Shown here one piece after another: positions 63,848 through 64,000 of a DNA stretch of 64,000 nucleotides (positions are counted from its first letter, which is position 1; every line of letters starts with the position of its first letter). The position numbers and the translations under genes were made by a program. The notes beneath the pieces were generated by a model. The model did not search any database and was not told where the DNA came from. It worked only from the letters and a program-made list of their open reading frames with translations. The stretch is from Candidatus Terrybacteria bacterium RIFCSPHIGHO2_01_FULL_48_17 (GTDB lineage Bacteria; Patescibacteriota; Minisyncoccia; Terrybacterales; 2-01-FULL-58-14): positions 7,186 through 71,185 of the forward strand of contig MHSS01000004.1 in NCBI GenBank assembly GCA_001822835.1. Direction: 5' to 3'.

Positions 63848-64000
63848 ATGCCAACGCATCTCCTCATCCTCGACACCTCTTCGCTTTTCTTTCGCGCATT
63901 CCATGCGCTTCCTTCGCTTACCTCCGCATCTGGAGAACCAGCGGGGGCCGTCTACGGTTTTTTAAGTTTGCTGTTTAAAGCAGTTGAACAACTTAAGCCA
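63848..64000 (+). CDS. polA: 5'-3' exonuclease domain of DNA polymerase I (partial)
   Basis: MPTHLLILDTSSLFFRAFHALPSLT...GEP.GAVYGF; runs off the window. Confidence 0.88.
   Translation, partial: MPTHLLILDTSSLFFRAFHALPSLTSASGEPAGAVYGFLSLLFKAVEQLKP

Noticed and set aside
1-64000. CRISPR array or cas genes
   Set aside because: No 25-45-bp repeats with unique spacers; the periodic arrays have 7-10-nt units and no spacers.
1-64000. Diversity-generating retroelement or retron
   Set aside because: No reverse transcriptase ORF and no TR/VR pair seen in this window.

Overview
This is the origin-proximal 64 kb of a small-genome bacterium, very probably Patescibacteria/CPR (Parcubacteria-like). That placement is inferred from the rpsO-NYN-pnp order, the chromosomal PrgI/VirB4/VirB6/pilin locus, CCA-less tRNAs and mostly SD-less core genes. 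The window holds cca, three tRNAs (Arg, Lys, Leu), znuBC, a free-standing LAGLIDADG gene, a sortase with its LPATG substrate, a GH63-like glycosidase, a Xer recombinase, rpsO/NYN/pnp, comM, cell-wall enzymes, rsmA, a ~16 kb T4SS-like operon, wzx with two O-antigen-ligase genes, jag-yidC-rnpA-rpmH / dnaA-oriC-dnaN-dciA, PBP1, tyrS, ruvC-yebC, ruvB, pilB, tsaE and the start of polA. The most interesting signals are not gene calls. (1) A dispersed family of 7-nt (also 9-10-nt) periodic arrays sits both in intergenic gaps and in frame inside conserved enzymes, apparently oriented by transcription. (2) About eight moron-like accessory cassettes share a promoter / boxA-like motif / SD / terminator layout. 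(3) Two promoter-driven structured ncRNA candidates lie at ~59860-60017 and ~19648-19850. (4) There is a circularly permuted zincin-like ORF and an unannotated 43-aa acidic microprotein. All calls were made by eye from motifs; no database search or folding program was run.
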